A stretch of 64,000 nucleotides of DNA. Source: Octopus sinensis (Eukaryota). Every line of letters begins with the position of its first letter. The first letter of the stretch is position 1. The notes below the pieces were generated by a model that was not told where the DNA came from, did not search any database, and worked only from the letters and a program-made list of their open reading frames with translations. Where the stretch lies: NCBI RefSeq assembly GCF_006345805.1, contig NC_043002.1, positions 28,520,001 to 28,584,000 on the forward strand. The letters run 5' to 3'. Positions 1 to 13,690 of this stretch are shown piece by piece. A program made the position numbers and the translations under genes.

Positions 1-29
1 ATAATAATAAAAATAATAATAATAATAAC

Positions 30-92
<63 letters not shown>

Positions 93-175
93 CATTATTT
101 TTATTTTTATCATTATTATCATTATTATTATTATGATTATCATTATTATTATTGCTGTTGGTGTTGTTGTTATTG
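1..175. repeat. (TAA/ATT)n microsatellite
   Basis: Long ATT run seen directly. Confidence 0.95.
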
Positions 176-631
176 TTATCAACTTCTTTCAATTTTGTTT
201 CCATTTCTCGCCGAGTGTCTTCCTAGGGCAGAGAAACTCACTGTATACATTGGTAGGTCATTAAATTAAACACACCAGGTTCTTCATTCACAAAGTTATG
301 TGATAGAGAAAAATGGGAAGAAAGGCAGAAATAAAAAGAAAAAGAAAAACTGAAAAAAGTAACCAAAAGAAAATAAAGGGGAAAAAAGAAAGAAAATTCA
401 CAGCGCCGATGCTCTTCTCAATACGTGTAAGGTACCAGTTAGAACAATCTTTTGCACTTTTTGTATGGACGATAAGCCAGGGATCATTCTCAAATAGCGT
501 TCAGTTCCTTTTTTTTTTTTTATCATTCCAAGTGTTCTTACAATCACTGATATAGTAACCGTCTTGAGATGCCACATCTTTCCGATTTCGATCAGCAAAT
601 CTTTATATTTTCTGAGCTTATCAAATACTTT
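176..631 (-). mobile_element. 5'-truncated Dong/R4-like non-LTR retrotransposon: end of restriction-like endonuclease (REL) domain plus 3' UTR
   Basis: Minus strand reads KVFDKLRKYKDLLIEIGKMWHLKTVTISVIVRTLGMIKK..YLRMIPGLSSIQKVQKIVLTGTLHVLRRA*, matching the K..KY.DL..EI..MW ... QK.VL.GT..ILR C-terminus of R4/Dong elements. Flanked on both sides by (TAA)n, the known Dong target. Confidence 0.8.
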
Positions 632-632
632 A

Positions 633-684
<52 letters not shown>

Positions 685-806
685 TTCCATTTTACTTCTC
701 AAATTTGGTTGTTTCGATTAATTCTGTAAGAACAGACAACAACCTATTGTCAAATGTCTCACTGGGTCTCTTTCGACGACACTTAACATCCAATTACCAA
801 TGTCAA

Positions 807-1024
807 AATCTTCGCTCTCAACACATGGCTATGATGTACCCCCACTACTTCTGCTCGTGATCAGAGATGCACATATCGTCAACCACTAAACGACATGCTC
901 AACTGCTTAAGGTCAAACAACTGAGAAACAAATCTGTTGCATTAAGCAGAATATTTGCTGCAGCCCCTCTCTATATCAAGACAAAAGCCATGATAGCCCA
1001 GTGCCTAATACTGCATCAGGACAT
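807..1024 (-). mobile_element. Partial, diverged copy of the ~555-bp TAA-flanked repeat (full copies at 21344-22500)
   Basis: ctctcaacacatggctatgatg..cccactacttctgctcgtgatcagagatgcacatatcgtca..actgcatcagg is the reverse complement of ~21345-21600. Confidence 0.85.
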
Positions 1025-1027
1025 CAA

Positions 1028-1617
1028 AGATGAAAGGCAAAGTTGACCTCGGCAGCATTTGAACTCAGAACGTAAAGACAGACGAAATGCCGTTAAGCAT
1101 TTTTTCCCAGCGTGCTAACGATTCTGCCAGCTCGCCGTCCTGCTAACGATTCTGCTAGCTCGCCGCCTTGCTAACGATTCTTTCTTTATTGCCCTCAAGG
1201 GGCTAAACATAGAGGGGACAAACAAGGACAGACAGACAAACGGATTAAGTCGATTACATCGACCCCAGTGCGTAACTGGTACTTACTTTATCGACCTCGT
1301 AAGGATGAAAGGCAAAGTCGACCTCGGTGGATTTTGAATTCAGAACATAAAGACAGACGAAATACCTATTTCTTTACTATCCACAAGGGGCTAAACACAG
1401 AAAGGACAAACAAGGACTGACGAACGGATTAATTCGATTATATCGACCCCAGTGCGTAACTGCTACTTATTTAATCGACCCCGAAAGGATAAAAGGCAAA
1501 GTCAACCTCGGCGGAATTTGAACTCAGAACGTAGCGGCAGACGAAATGCCGCTAAGCATTTCGCCCGGCATGCTAACGATTCTTTCAGCTCGCCTCTTTG
1601 CTAATGATTCTGCCAGC
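1028..1617 (-). mobile_element. Stack of about 3 tRNA-derived SINE copies (family 1)
   Basis: Minus-strand head ggcgagctggcagaatcgttagc (A-box), gagttcaaattcc (B-box), central gcctttcatcctttcggggtcgataaattaagtaccag (resembles the Meta-SINE domain) and tail tttagccccttgtgggtagtaaagaaata. Confidence 0.9.
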
Positions 1618-1719
1618 ACCGTTATTGTTGTTGTTATTATTATTATTATTATTATTATATTATTATTATTATTATATTATTATTATTATTATTATTATTA
1701 TTATCATCATCATCATCAT

Positions 1720-1937
1720 GAAGGCGGTGAGCTGGCAGAATCGTTAGTAGGCTGGACGAAATACTTAGCGGTATATCTTGTGTACACGTTCTGAGTTCAA
1801 ATACCGCCGATGTCAACTTTGCCTTTCCTCCTTTCGGGGTCGATAAATTAAGTACCAGTGAAACACTGAGGTCGATGTCATATCGGCTATCCCCCTCCCC
1901 AAAATTTCAGGCCTTGTTCGTATAATAGAGAGGATTT
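1720..1937 (+). mobile_element. tRNA-derived SINE family 1, tail type B
   Basis: aaggcggtgagctggcagaatcgttag...gagttcaaatacc...ggggtcgataaattaagtaccag...ccccaaaatttcaggccttg. Confidence 0.9.
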
Positions 1938-1996
1938 TAATGTGGTGGTGGTAGTAGTGGTGCTGGTGATCGTAGTAGTCGTAGTTGTACCACCAA

Positions 1997-2001
<5 letters not shown>

Positions 2002-2037
<36 letters not shown>

Positions 2038-2085
2038 ACTACTACTACTACTACTACTACCACCACGACCACCACCACCACCACC

Positions 2086-2132
<47 letters not shown>

Positions 2133-2140
2133 CACTACTT
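2002..2140. repeat. (CTA)n/(CCA)n microsatellite
   Basis: Seen directly. Confidence 0.9.
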
Positions 2141-2674
2141 CCGTATAGTACTCGTGCTGTATATTAGTGGTGAGTATAGAAGTGATGCTCTATCGTGATG
2201 GTGATGGAGTGTAATACAGCATGGCGTTGTGAATACTAGTAGGACTGTCGTGGTGATGGTAGTGATGGTGGTGGCGGTGATGGTGGTGGTGACGGTGTTG
2301 GTGGTGGAGGTGGCAGTGGTGGTGGTTTGTTGGCGGTGGTGGTGGTTTGGTGGCGGCGGTGGGGTTAGTAATTACAGGATGATGGAAATGACGTTAAGGA
2401 GACGTAAAATAGTGGTTGATAGTAATGTAGGTAATTTGGGAGGCATAGATATTTTGAATGGTTTGGTGTTCGAGGGGAGAGAGATGTATAAGTATGAAGT
2501 TTAAAGAAATTTGGAGCGGTGTGGAGGAGACGTGGTTGAGGACGTCAGAAGTTCAATCACGACAACCATCAGTTCTACCCACCCATCCGTCTTACGACTT
2601 CAATACTTACCTCCGGGTATTCAACTTACAGGCAGACAAGACTAATAATACATATAGAGCATACATCCACATAC

Positions 2675-2862
2675 TCTCTTTTACTCTTTTACTTGTTTCA
2701 GTCATTTGACTGCGGCCATGCTGGAGCACCGCGTTTAGTCGAGCAAATCGACCCCGGGACTTATTCTTTCGTTCTCTTTTGCCGAACCGCTAAGTGACGG
2801 GGACGTAAACACACCAGCATCGGTTGTCAAGCAATGCTAGGGGGACAAACACAGACACACAA

Positions 2863-2895
<33 letters not shown>

Positions 2896-3060
2896 CATAT
2901 ATACGACAGACTTCTTTCAGTTTCCGTCTACCAAATCCACTCACAAGGTATTGGTCGGCCCGGGGCTATAGCAGAAGACACTTGCCCAAGATGCCACGCA
3001 GTGGGACTGAACCCGGAACCATGTGGTTGGTTAGCAAGCTACTTACCACACAGCCACTCC
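2675..3060 (-). mobile_element. Near full-length tRNA-derived CORE-type SINE (family 2, resembles octopus OR SINEs)
   Basis: Minus-strand head ggagtggctgtgtggtaag...ccgggttcagtcccac, CORE-like ttgggcaagtgtcttct, internal (GT/AT)n, tail gctccagcatggccgcagtcaaatgactgaaacaagtaaaagagtaaaagag. Confidence 0.85.
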
Positions 3061-3131
3061 TAATATTCATATAATATATGTGTGTGTATGTATATGTATA
3101 TATATGTATATGTACGTATGTATATGTGCCC

Positions 3132-3171
<40 letters not shown>

Positions 3172-3435
3172 GGCGTGCGTGTGTGTGCGCGTGTTTGTAT
3201 TGTTTAGGTCAAGTCAGTCTCTGGTTACTCTAAGTTTCATTGAGGATATACATGATCCTCAAGCAAGTTATAACAGTCATAAGTTGCCTGAAGATCTTGA
3301 GCGCCTACAGGTGATATACAAAGTAGAAAGAGACTAAGTCGATCGAAATAAAATATATTATTAATCTTTATTATTATATTTATTGACAGCTAACACTAAA
3401 TAAACGTAAGTATGTATATATGTATGTATGTTACA

Positions 3436-3584
3436 GCCGGCTATTACCAGTAAAGGTTTTAGTTGCCAATTTTGTACAAGACATTGTAGATCTTTAGCTG
3501 GGCTAAAAAGTCACATTCGATCACAGCACCAGTAACAGTTAAGCTTTGTGCAATGGCAATACTCGATAACGAGAGGCAGCCATA
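3436..3584 (+). mobile_element. RTE-clade LINE 3' end fragment
   Basis: Encodes GFSCQFCTRHCRSLAGLKSHIRSQHQ*, a C2H2 finger like the end of the RTE at ~58 kb, followed by a 3' stem-loop actcgataacgagaggcagcc. Confidence 0.7.
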
Positions 3585-3589
3585 ACGTG

Positions 3590-3659
<70 letters not shown>

Positions 3660-4632
3660 ATATATACATACATACATACATACATACATACATACATACA
3701 GACAGACAGACAGGCATACTTACATAGAGTGGAGAGAGAGAGAGCGAGCGAAAGAGAATGCTTATTTTCCAATAACATGGCCAGGTGCTTCGACTTTCGT
3801 CTCATCAGACAAACCAAAGGTGAATTGTACATTTGATGATTCCCAGGGTATACAAGCACTAAACCCAAGTTGGCTGGAAGCTGTTCAAATCTTTGATGTT
3901 GTAGTCTTTAGACATAGTAGGACAGGGGTATAGCATTTTACTTAAACATTAACCTAAATGAAGACGCTATTAGTAGCAATCACAGTGTTTGCATGCTTGA
4001 TAGATAATTGCTTATGAGAAAGAGTGGACAAGTGGAAAGATTCTGACAGTTACAAGTTGGTTATTGAGGGAGAGAGCTGTCTCGGTGTCTACTTTAGTTT
4101 CTAGGATGTTGTATAGATTACTTAAAAGTCGTAGGTGTGCAAGATTGTATCGAAAATAACGGATCTAAAAGCGGCACAGTGATGCACTAAGAGAAATATA
4201 TCATAAGATGTCTGTCTATCTCAAGTTGATAAGGGGAAGATAATTACACGGATTCTTGAAGAAAGGAGTCCAATCCCCACACGCATGCATAGAAACGCGA
4301 ACACACAAATACACAATAACACACTCCCAAACATATGCATACACTCTCATTTTCACAGACAAGTGCGCGAGCACGCAGTTGTTTCGCCGTTGGTTTTGTT
4401 TGTCTCTTAAACATGTCTTTGTTTGGTAAAATTCATTTTTATCATAACACAAAGAGGAGGAGAGGAGGAGGAAGAGAAGGAGGAGGGTGAAGGTGATGTT
4501 GATGATTATTATGTTGATGATACTGTTGATGCTGTACATAGTGATGATGGGGATGATGATGACGATGACGACGGCTGATGAAGAGGATGATGATGGTGGT
4601 GATGATAACGATGACAATGGTGGTGGTAATGC

Positions 4633-4663
<31 letters not shown>

Positions 4664-5016
4664 GGTGGTGGTGTGGTGGTGGTGGTGGTGATGATGATGA
4701 GGCAATGTAGGTGATGGTAATAAGGTGTGCGTGTGTGAGGGCTGTTGACAGTAGGAGGGAGGTGTGTGAAGGAAGGAAAGAGAGTCGTGGGTGAGAGGTG
4801 AATAGAAGGTGATGTGAGGGTGATAGGCAGAGTGGTGTGGAGTAGTGTGGGTAGGAGGCACGGGTGAAGCAGGGTCAATTTGTAATCACAGCAAGCTTTA
4901 ATTTCTTCTCTTTGATAAAATCTAATTTAATTTTGGAATATTTCCAGAGGAATAATCATGATTTTTCTACATCTGGCATGATTACTGCTAATTGCCGTGT
5001 TGGAGCAACTATGACA

Positions 5017-5019
<3 letters not shown>

Positions 5020-5082
<63 letters not shown>
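5020..5082. repeat. (CT)n microsatellite
   Basis: Seen directly. Confidence 0.9.
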
Positions 5083-5085
<3 letters not shown>

Positions 5086-5384
5086 CCTCTCTCTCTTTGC
5101 TATAGTATATCTATCTACCAATCGGAATCTTTATCCCACGCAGCCTCTACGCCACACCAATACTAAATTTCTATCACCCTTTCTCTATCTTTCTATCACT
5201 TCCACGATCTCTCTCCCTTTCCTCTTTTTCTTTCTTTCTCAATCTTTCTCTTTCTCTCTTTCTCACTCTCTCACTCTCTCTCTCTCTCTCTCACTCTCCA
5301 GGCAATATTTCTGCCGCCTTCTCACCACCTCCATTTTTAAAATTTTCATTTAATTTTCTCATTTAATTATGCTATTTTCATTTC

Positions 5385-5465
5385 TCATACATACACACAT
5401 AAATACACACACACACATACGTATATATATGCATATATTTACCTCTGTATATATACATATATATG

Positions 5466-5505
<40 letters not shown>

Positions 5506-6180
5506 AGCATATACATATGTGCATACATATATATATATATACATACACACATATATATATATACATACATATATATATATACATACAAACATACATACAC
5601 ATATATATGCACACACACACATATGTATATAAGTATACATATATATGCGTAAATTGCATATAATTATTTATAAACATGTGTATATGTATGTATATATATA
5701 TCCATATATATATCTATATATATTATATATATATATTATATCCCATATATATTTCCATATATATATATTATATATATATAATAGATATATATATATATAT
5801 ATACATGCACATACATACATGTATATGCACGCATGTATGCATGATGTATGTAAAAATATTCTGTATTTATTTTTCATTATTTTCAAAAGTTTGTGCCATT
5901 CCTCCACAAAGCTTTTTTTAATTCTTCTTCATGTGTGTATGTATGTAAGTGAGTGTGGTGTGATGTGTGTGTGTCTCTCTCTCTCTCTCTTCTGTATTAT
6001 ATATTATATATATATATAACAGTACATACATGCATTTATATATATACATATATTACATATATATATAAATACATATATAAATACATATATATATATATAC
6101 ATATATATATATGTATATATATATACATATATATATACACACACACATATGAATATATGTATGTATGCATGTATATACAT
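5385..6180. repeat. (AT)n/(AC)n compound microsatellite field
   Basis: Seen directly; source of spurious YI-rich ORFs. Confidence 0.9.
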
Positions 6181-6816
6181 CACATTTTTTCTAACGTTTC
6201 AGTTTCAGCCCTTTTCATGTAGTAGTAGTAGTAGTAGTAGTAGCAGCAGCAGCAGCAGCAGCAGTAGTAGCAGCCGCAGCAGTTGTTGTTGTTCTTGTTA
6301 TAGGTGCCCTTCTTCGTTATGATATTTTTTTCTACATTTTTATCGTTACGTTTTTATACTGTTGATGGTAACGACAATGATGAAAGTGTCGGTACAAGAC
6401 GTTGTTCTTCTGGTGGTGGTGGTGATTGTGGCGTTGATGATGATGATGATGATGTGTGTTGTGTGTTGCTGTTGTTGCTGTTGTTGCTGTTGTTGTTGTT
6501 TAGATTATATTTCATGCTTGTGGATTTTTTTTTGGTGATCTTTTTGGGGTCCTTTTTTTATATAAATTATTTTTCTTTGACATGTTAAATATTTCTATTT
6601 TAATTAACTGTTGTTGTTATTGTTATTGTTGTTGCTGCTAATGTTTTTTAGCAGCTGTTGTTGTTGTTGTTGTTGTTTTTCGTTTGTTTATTTATTTTTA
6701 TTCTTGTTGTTCATATTTTTGTTTTTTATTTTTCGTTGATGTTGTCGCTGATGATGAAAATATCAGCGACAGCAACAACAATAACAACGACGACGATGAA
6801 TATGTTAATAGTGTTG

Positions 6817-6848
<32 letters not shown>

Positions 6849-7165
6849 GATAGTGATGGTGGTGGTGGTAGTGGTGCTGCTGCTGACGCTAGTGCTCTTG
6901 TTCATTACTAACACATTGAATGAGTCGGTGGTTCACAAAAATAGACACACATTCACACACAAAAATACGTAAGGAATTACACGCACACACCACACACACA
7001 CACGTACACACACAACACACACACACACACGCACAAGTGTACACGCGCACACATAGTCACACGTATGTTTGTGTACGTTTGTAAGGTGGCAATAAAATTA
7101 TAGTTTCCTTAAAAACTAAAATGATTAAAACATTCTGATACAGCAGGTCATCTAACAGACTTTAA

Positions 7166-7207
<42 letters not shown>

Positions 7208-7420
7208 TAGAGAGAGAGAGAGACAGAGACTGATATATATATCACACATATAATATATATACATATATACACATATATACGTATATCTATATATACATAC
7301 ACATATATACGTATATATCTATATATATATATACATACATTTACACACAGATGTGTGAGTGAGTGAGAGAGAGAGAGACTGACAGAGACAGAGAGACAGA
7401 CTGATAGATATACACACAGA

Positions 7421-7467
<47 letters not shown>

Positions 7468-7527
7468 GACAGACAGACAGCGATGGCATCAAGTAAACCA
7501 CTCCGCTCAAAATTGCTAGAAAGTATA

Positions 7528-8170
7528 AATTCCGCCGGGGTCAACTTTATTATTCAACCGTTCGGGTAAAATAAGTACCAGTTACGTATTGGGGGTCGAT
7601 GTGCTATATGTGGTTAATAACTCCGTGAGTAGTTAAAAGACTGAGTTGACATCTACAAAATTTGAGCACAGAACGAAAAGAAAAAATTCTTCTGGATACT
7701 TAAGTTCTGAGTCCAAATCTCACCGGGGTTAACTTTGCTTTTCATTCTTCGGGTTCGATAGAATAAGCACCAATTGAGTACTGGTGTCAGTGTAATCGAC
7801 TAGCTCCCTCAAATTTACTGGCCTTCAGTCAAAATTTGAAATTGCTAGCACGCCGGACAAAATGCTTAGCGGCATTTCATCCGTCTTCACATTCTTGAGT
7901 TCAAATTCCACCAAAGTTGACTTTGCCTTTCATGGATTAGGGTCGATAACATCCTTCAGGGTCGATAAAATAGTACCAGCTGAAGACTGGGATCGATCAG
8001 ATCGACTTAACTCTTGCCCCAAGATTGCTGGCCTTGTACCAAAATTTGAAACTAATACTCTCATCATCACCATTATTATTATTATTAAGTACCTGTTACG
8101 TACTGGGGTCTATATAATCGACTAGACCCTCCCCCAAAATTTCAGCCCTTGTGCCTATAGTAGAAAGGAG
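7528..8170 (+). mobile_element. Tandem stack of 4 partial family-1 SINE copies
   Basis: Repeated aaattccgccggggtcaactt / ttctgagttcaaattcc / aagtaccag / ggggtcgat..aatcgact blocks with ccaaaatttgaaa or aaatttcagcccttgtgcctatagtagaaagg tails. Confidence 0.8.
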
Positions 8171-8172
8171 CA

Positions 8173-8214
<42 letters not shown>

Positions 8215-9150
8215 ATCTATCATACGGTAGTTGAATTACCTGGAATGTTATCACGATGTTTTTTGGCAACGAGTCTCCTCAAATGAAATCTCTAGAATGT
8301 TTCTTAGAATTCTGGTAGAAAACAGAATGAAACTTTCTGCAGGTCAATATTCTTGTCTCAATTCCAGTATCCTTCAGCTTCTTACGAAGCAGAGTTAGTG
8401 TTGTGCTTATGTGACAATAAACGACATGTGAAAGATTGGGATCTTCAAATCGAACAGTCTTAGAGCCATATCGCATTGTGGATGTAGATAAATGTGAGAC
8501 ATTCAGTCGTAAAAGGCACAAAGCCCACCAAGTATGCGTTCACCATTAAAAACCACGTGAGGGATTTCTGTGCGAAGGATATGTAAAGACAAAGGAGAAC
8601 AAATCAGTTTTTAAAATCAAGCAGGGCCAAGTCACCATCTTCCTTCTCCATTTCTGGAACATTCATCGGTTAAGAAGGCGCTTTCCTATGTGACATTCAG
8701 CATTCATGCTGCTCTCTTCGACTAAAACATCCTTTGATTCGCAAGGATTACAAAAAGTCCCATAGAGACAATATTAGTGAGTAGAACCAACAATATCGTC
8801 TCCACTGGATTTTCCTGTTATTTTTAACTTCTCAGTTTTTCTTGGTGAAGAATCACCGTAAGAAACGTCGAACACTCCTCTGTTTCTTTCTTCCTTACAG
8901 AGCAAAATTAATTACCAAGCATTATTGTTGTGTTATTATGTTATCCGTATGTCACTTGTTGCTATTTTGGTTTTCATTTGATGTAGCTTTGGGATTTTTA
9001 GTGGGATTTTCTTTCTAGAATTTTCTCTGGTATTTTTCTTTTTACATGCTAACACAAATCCCAACTCCGGGATAAACAGGATCAAACAAAAAAACTGTAT
9101 GACTTCTCTACTCCACCATACGTATACATACATACATACTATATATATAT

Positions 9151-9200
<50 letters not shown>

Positions 9201-9202
<2 letters not shown>

Positions 9203-9281
9203 GAATAATCCTATCAGGTGGTGCTATTAAGTTAGACATGGCCTGGACCAATCTTTGGTCGAAACATATCTAAGTTATCTA
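9201..9281 (+). mobile_element. CR1-like LINE extreme 3' end, inserted in (AT)n
   Basis: tcgaataatcctatcaggtggtgctattaagttagacatggcctggaccaatctttggtcgaaac.tatctaagtt is near-identical to ~50115-50195 and homologous to the 3' end of the 14.1-17 kb LINE. Confidence 0.85.
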
Positions 9282-9601
9282 TATATATAAGGTTAGTAGA
9301 GTTAGAATTTGGAATAACCGTGAAAATGATAACGATATCCGTTATACTACCGGTATAATTACCTATGTTAACCCTGGACATACATATGCAAGCATATTAT
9401 GCTTATAGGTCACAGGCAATTACAAAGATAAACATGAGTTTATCAGGAATCAAATTTGAAGTTAACAGAAAATGGGGAAATATCGATCAACAACAATTGA
9501 CTAACGTCAATTATTACTTTTTAAAACAAATACTTGCATTAAAATGTAATAATTGATGTTACTCAATTGTTGTAGATCGATATTTCTCCATTTTCTGTTT
9601 A

Positions 9602-9638
<37 letters not shown>

Positions 9639-9642
9639 CATT

Positions 9643-9845
9643 TACTTTTATTTGTTTCAGTCATTTGACTGCGGTCATGCTGGAGCACCGCCTTTATTCG
9701 TGCAAATCAACCCCTGGCCTTACTCTTTGTAAGTCTCGTACTTTTTCTATCGCTCTCTTTTGCCGAACCGCTATGTTACGGGGACGTAAACACACCAGCA
9801 TCGGTTGTCAGGCGATGTTGGGGGGACAAATACACACACACACAA
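9643..9845 (-). mobile_element. Family-2 SINE, 3' half
   Basis: tgtttcagtcatttgactgcggtcatgctggagcaccg...gccgaaccgcta..ggggacgtaaacacaccagcatcggttgtca matches 2690-2850. Confidence 0.85.
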
Positions 9846-10894
9846 CACACACACACTCTCTCTCTCTCTCACACACACATAGATATCTGCTGAAAGTGAA
9901 TCTCCTTTTATTCGTTCGACACAAGCCGGACTATTTATTCTTTGATGACCAAATGACCAATGACCGTTACGGATTTCTGCCTGCCAGAGGTGAAGAGTTA
10001 TATTTGTCTTTGGACTAGAGTCTGATAAGTTCTCCACGAGGCTACAGCCTTCGAGGACGCCAAGCTATTGGTCACTCTATGACCAGACATTATCTTTATT
10101 GCTTTAATATACATGTACTATATAGATACATACATTCTCCACATATCTTTGTGACCTATTACACAGTTGAACTTGAAAACAACACAATGAGGATTATATT
10201 TACACGTATTATACATAGCATTGTTGTCATTTGTTGTCATAGCTGTTGTCACATCTTCAGTATTGATGCTGGTCGTTGCGTGTGTCGTCGTCGCCGTCAT
10301 AGTCATCATGGTGGTCGTCGTAGTGCTCGTGGGGTCGTGGTGATGGTGTCATTGCACTTAATAACGTCATACATTGCATACATTTGTATATCTATCCAAC
10401 CCCAACCCCATGCATTCTCCTTATTGCTGATGTTGTTGCAGTAGTCAGAGTTTATATTATTGTTATGATGTTGTTGCTATCATTATTTGCGCTGTTGTTG
10501 TTATTATGTTAATAATATTGCTATTGTCACAGTTTTTGTTGTTCATGTTATTGCTGTTCTTGTTGTTAATATAGTTCTTATTTCTGTTACTGGTGCTGTT
10601 GTTGTTAATATTGTCATAGCTTTTATTGTTCCGTGGTTGTTGTTGTTGTTGTTGTTGAATGTTGCGGCAGAACACTTTAGAGGTATCACCAATTAGAAAA
10701 TTTTCTTTATTGTGATCTCATCAATTTCTAAAATGCCCATGTAATGTTCACCTCATCAGACACCCCTGTGGCAAATACAAGATCATCATCATTAGCATCA
10801 ACATCATCATCTTCTTCATCATCATCATCATCATTAATTTTACTGTTATTATCATTAATATTATCATCAATGTTATTAGTTTATTTAAAGTAGC

Positions 10895-10948
<54 letters not shown>

Positions 10949-11159
10949 TTACTATCACCTCTTCAGCATTATTATCCATGTACATGTATAATTGCTAACG
11001 AACCTGTAGTTGTCCTTGGCGATGTTATTGTTTTTCGTTGTTGTTATTGATGGTGTTGGTGGTGGTGATGGTGAAGGTGGAAGCATATCATTTTTATTGT
11101 AACTCTCATTACAACCATGTTCAATATTATTGGTATTACTATCACCATCATCATCACAA

Positions 11160-11177
11160 ACATTATTATTATTATTA

Positions 11178-11254
<77 letters not shown>

Positions 11255-11562
11255 GTTATTATTATTACTATTATTATAAAATGTATCTTATGAAATAAGT
11301 CATTATTATTATTATTAATACAACTATTATTGTTATTCTTATTTTAATATTATTGTTATATATATTATTATTATTATTCTTATTTTATTATTATTATTAT
11401 TATTATTATCATTATTATTATTATATTCCTTATCATCATCATTATCAACATTATTATTATTATTTTATATATTATATTTCTTATCATCATCATCATTATT
11501 ATTATTATTATTTTTATTATTATTATTATTCTTTATCATCATCATCATTATTATTATTATTA

Positions 11563-11594
<32 letters not shown>

Positions 11595-11600
11595 GTAATT
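11160..11600. repeat. (ATT)n microsatellite field
   Basis: Seen directly. Confidence 0.9.
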
Positions 11601-11989
11601 ATTATTGTTATAATTAAAACAGTTTTCAGAGGATATGATTTCTTCCTAGAGGGACATGCTCATCACATTTAATGCGTCTTTGATCACTTGCAGGTTTGTT
11701 TTCTGATGTTTCCTTATTGCTTATTTCAATCCGAAATGTTCTTGCCCCCTCACCACCATCACCAGTAACCATCCTCCCCTCCATCATAACCTCCTACTTC
11801 AATATCAATTACCCCAATCAACCAACACCGCCAACGACAACTTCGCCACCTCCGACAACAGTAACGTTTTTTTTATCAATCTGTTCAGTTTTTTTTTTAG
11901 GAGGAAAGAAGATCTTAAAAATAAAACATGCGTTTTCTGCACACGCGCACATATAGATACATATAAATAAGCATGTCTGTGAGTGTGTA

Positions 11990-12031
11990 TGTATATATAC
12001 ATACATATATATGTATGCTTGTATGTATATA

Positions 12032-12068
<37 letters not shown>

Positions 12069-12106
12069 TACATAAATGCATATATAGATATATTATATAT
12101 ATGTGT

Positions 12107-12138
<32 letters not shown>

Positions 12139-12270
12139 TAATATATTAAAACATATATACGTAGATATAAGTCTATATATTTATATCTATACATACATAT
12201 CCATATGTATCTATTTGTGCCTGGGTATGTATGAATATGTATGTACGTACGTGTGGTGTATATATATATA

Positions 12271-12327
<57 letters not shown>

Positions 12328-12343
12328 TATATATATATATATA

Positions 12344-12430
<87 letters not shown>

Positions 12431-12579
12431 TATATATATATATATATTATATATAATATATAGCATGGATATAGTATGTATGTATATGCCTATAATATAT
12501 ATATTATAATGTTGTAAAGAGAGACTTATATACACATGCATATATTCATGCATATTTGTGGGAGTTTATGTGCGTATGT

Positions 12580-12634
<55 letters not shown>

Positions 12635-12665
12635 ACAAACACACACACATATATATATATATATA
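11990..12665. repeat. (AT)n and (CA)n microsatellite field
   Basis: Seen directly. Confidence 0.9.
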
Positions 12666-12934
12666 CGATCTTGATAAATGTGTATATACATGTAATTTTA
12701 CATGCATGCGTTTGAGGAGATACAATATGCATTTACGTATTCATATTGGAGAGTATATAAACGCGTGGGTGTGTGAGCGAGCTAGAATGTAAAAGCACTT
12801 GTGGTTGCTTACCGCGTATGTATGTATTTATACATTTTTTAATTCTTTTGTCCTTTTGCTAGTCTCAGCTGGAGAGCTGCAGCCATATTAGGGCATCACC
12901 GTTATTTTTGCGTTCCTTTCATTACTTCAAACCT

Positions 12935-13690
12935 TCTCAGATATGTGGCATTTGGTGAACGAGAGAGTTTGTTGTTGCTAGCTCTATCTTCGTTTTCTGC
13001 TGTGTTGTAGGTTCATCCAGAACCCTTGACAGGTAGAGATCCAGTTTTGTTTTGAATTCACCTTCATCCACCTCATATAAGTCTCTCAAGCTCTTTTGGG
13101 TGGATATTGATGAGCTGTGGGCCCTTGAAATTCAGGTTATTGCAGTACGTTGTCCTTAATCCTGATGGCATTGTTAGGATCCTTGGCACTATGCAGCGGC
13201 AACCAGTTCTGTTGTCTGTGTAACTTTAAATGCCAGTTTAAAGTCCTTCTAGGATTTTCCAGATGTATATCACTGCACAATTCCCGCCTTTGTTTTAAGG
13301 AGTAAAGTCTTAACTTTTTCAGACTCTTCTTGTAGCTGACATGTCTCATTGAGATGATCTTCTTTAACTAACTTATGTATTGCTTCGAGCACCGAAGATA
13401 ATTTTACTCTGCTTAGAGATCATATTTAGAGCAGTGGTCTAAATGGCTGAGGACAAATGTCCCCCCAAAAAACCATCATGGCTTCCTGTTCTCCCGTTCT
13501 AAAAGTTCTAAGAATCCATCCGGCCAGGCGTCTGCATTCTATTGCCAATTCAGTAATATGCACCTGGAAAGAGGTATCATTACTCATTTTAATGGCCAGG
13601 TTGCATACTGATTTTGATTCAGAGATTTCCATCTATCCTTGACCATTATATCCAGTTTGCATTTCATTCAGGTTACTGTACTGTTAGCGC
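12935..13690 (-). mobile_element. Decayed CR1-clade LINE, ORF2 C-terminal fragment
   Basis: LAIKMSNDTSFQVHI...RRLAGWILRTFRT, SYKKSLKKLRLYSLKQRRE and NFKGPQL motifs, with stops and frameshifts. Confidence 0.85.

Noticed and set aside
1720-1810. tRNA genes
   Set aside because: The A/B boxes belong to SINE heads; no complete cloverleaf, and they run into SINE bodies.
3285-3352. CTGAAGA...GAAA as a possible hammerhead
   Set aside because: No convincing stem I, II or III pairing.
4216-4878. 220-aa ORF and other long low-complexity ORFs (26967-27695, 34681-35289, 46209-46811, all YI/VC-rich ORFs)
   Set aside because: They are translations of microsatellites that lack stop codons; no domain signal.
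9232-9275. Hairpin followed by GAAAC, resembling half a hammerhead
   Set aside because: No CUGANGA strand; explained as the CR1 3' stem-loop.
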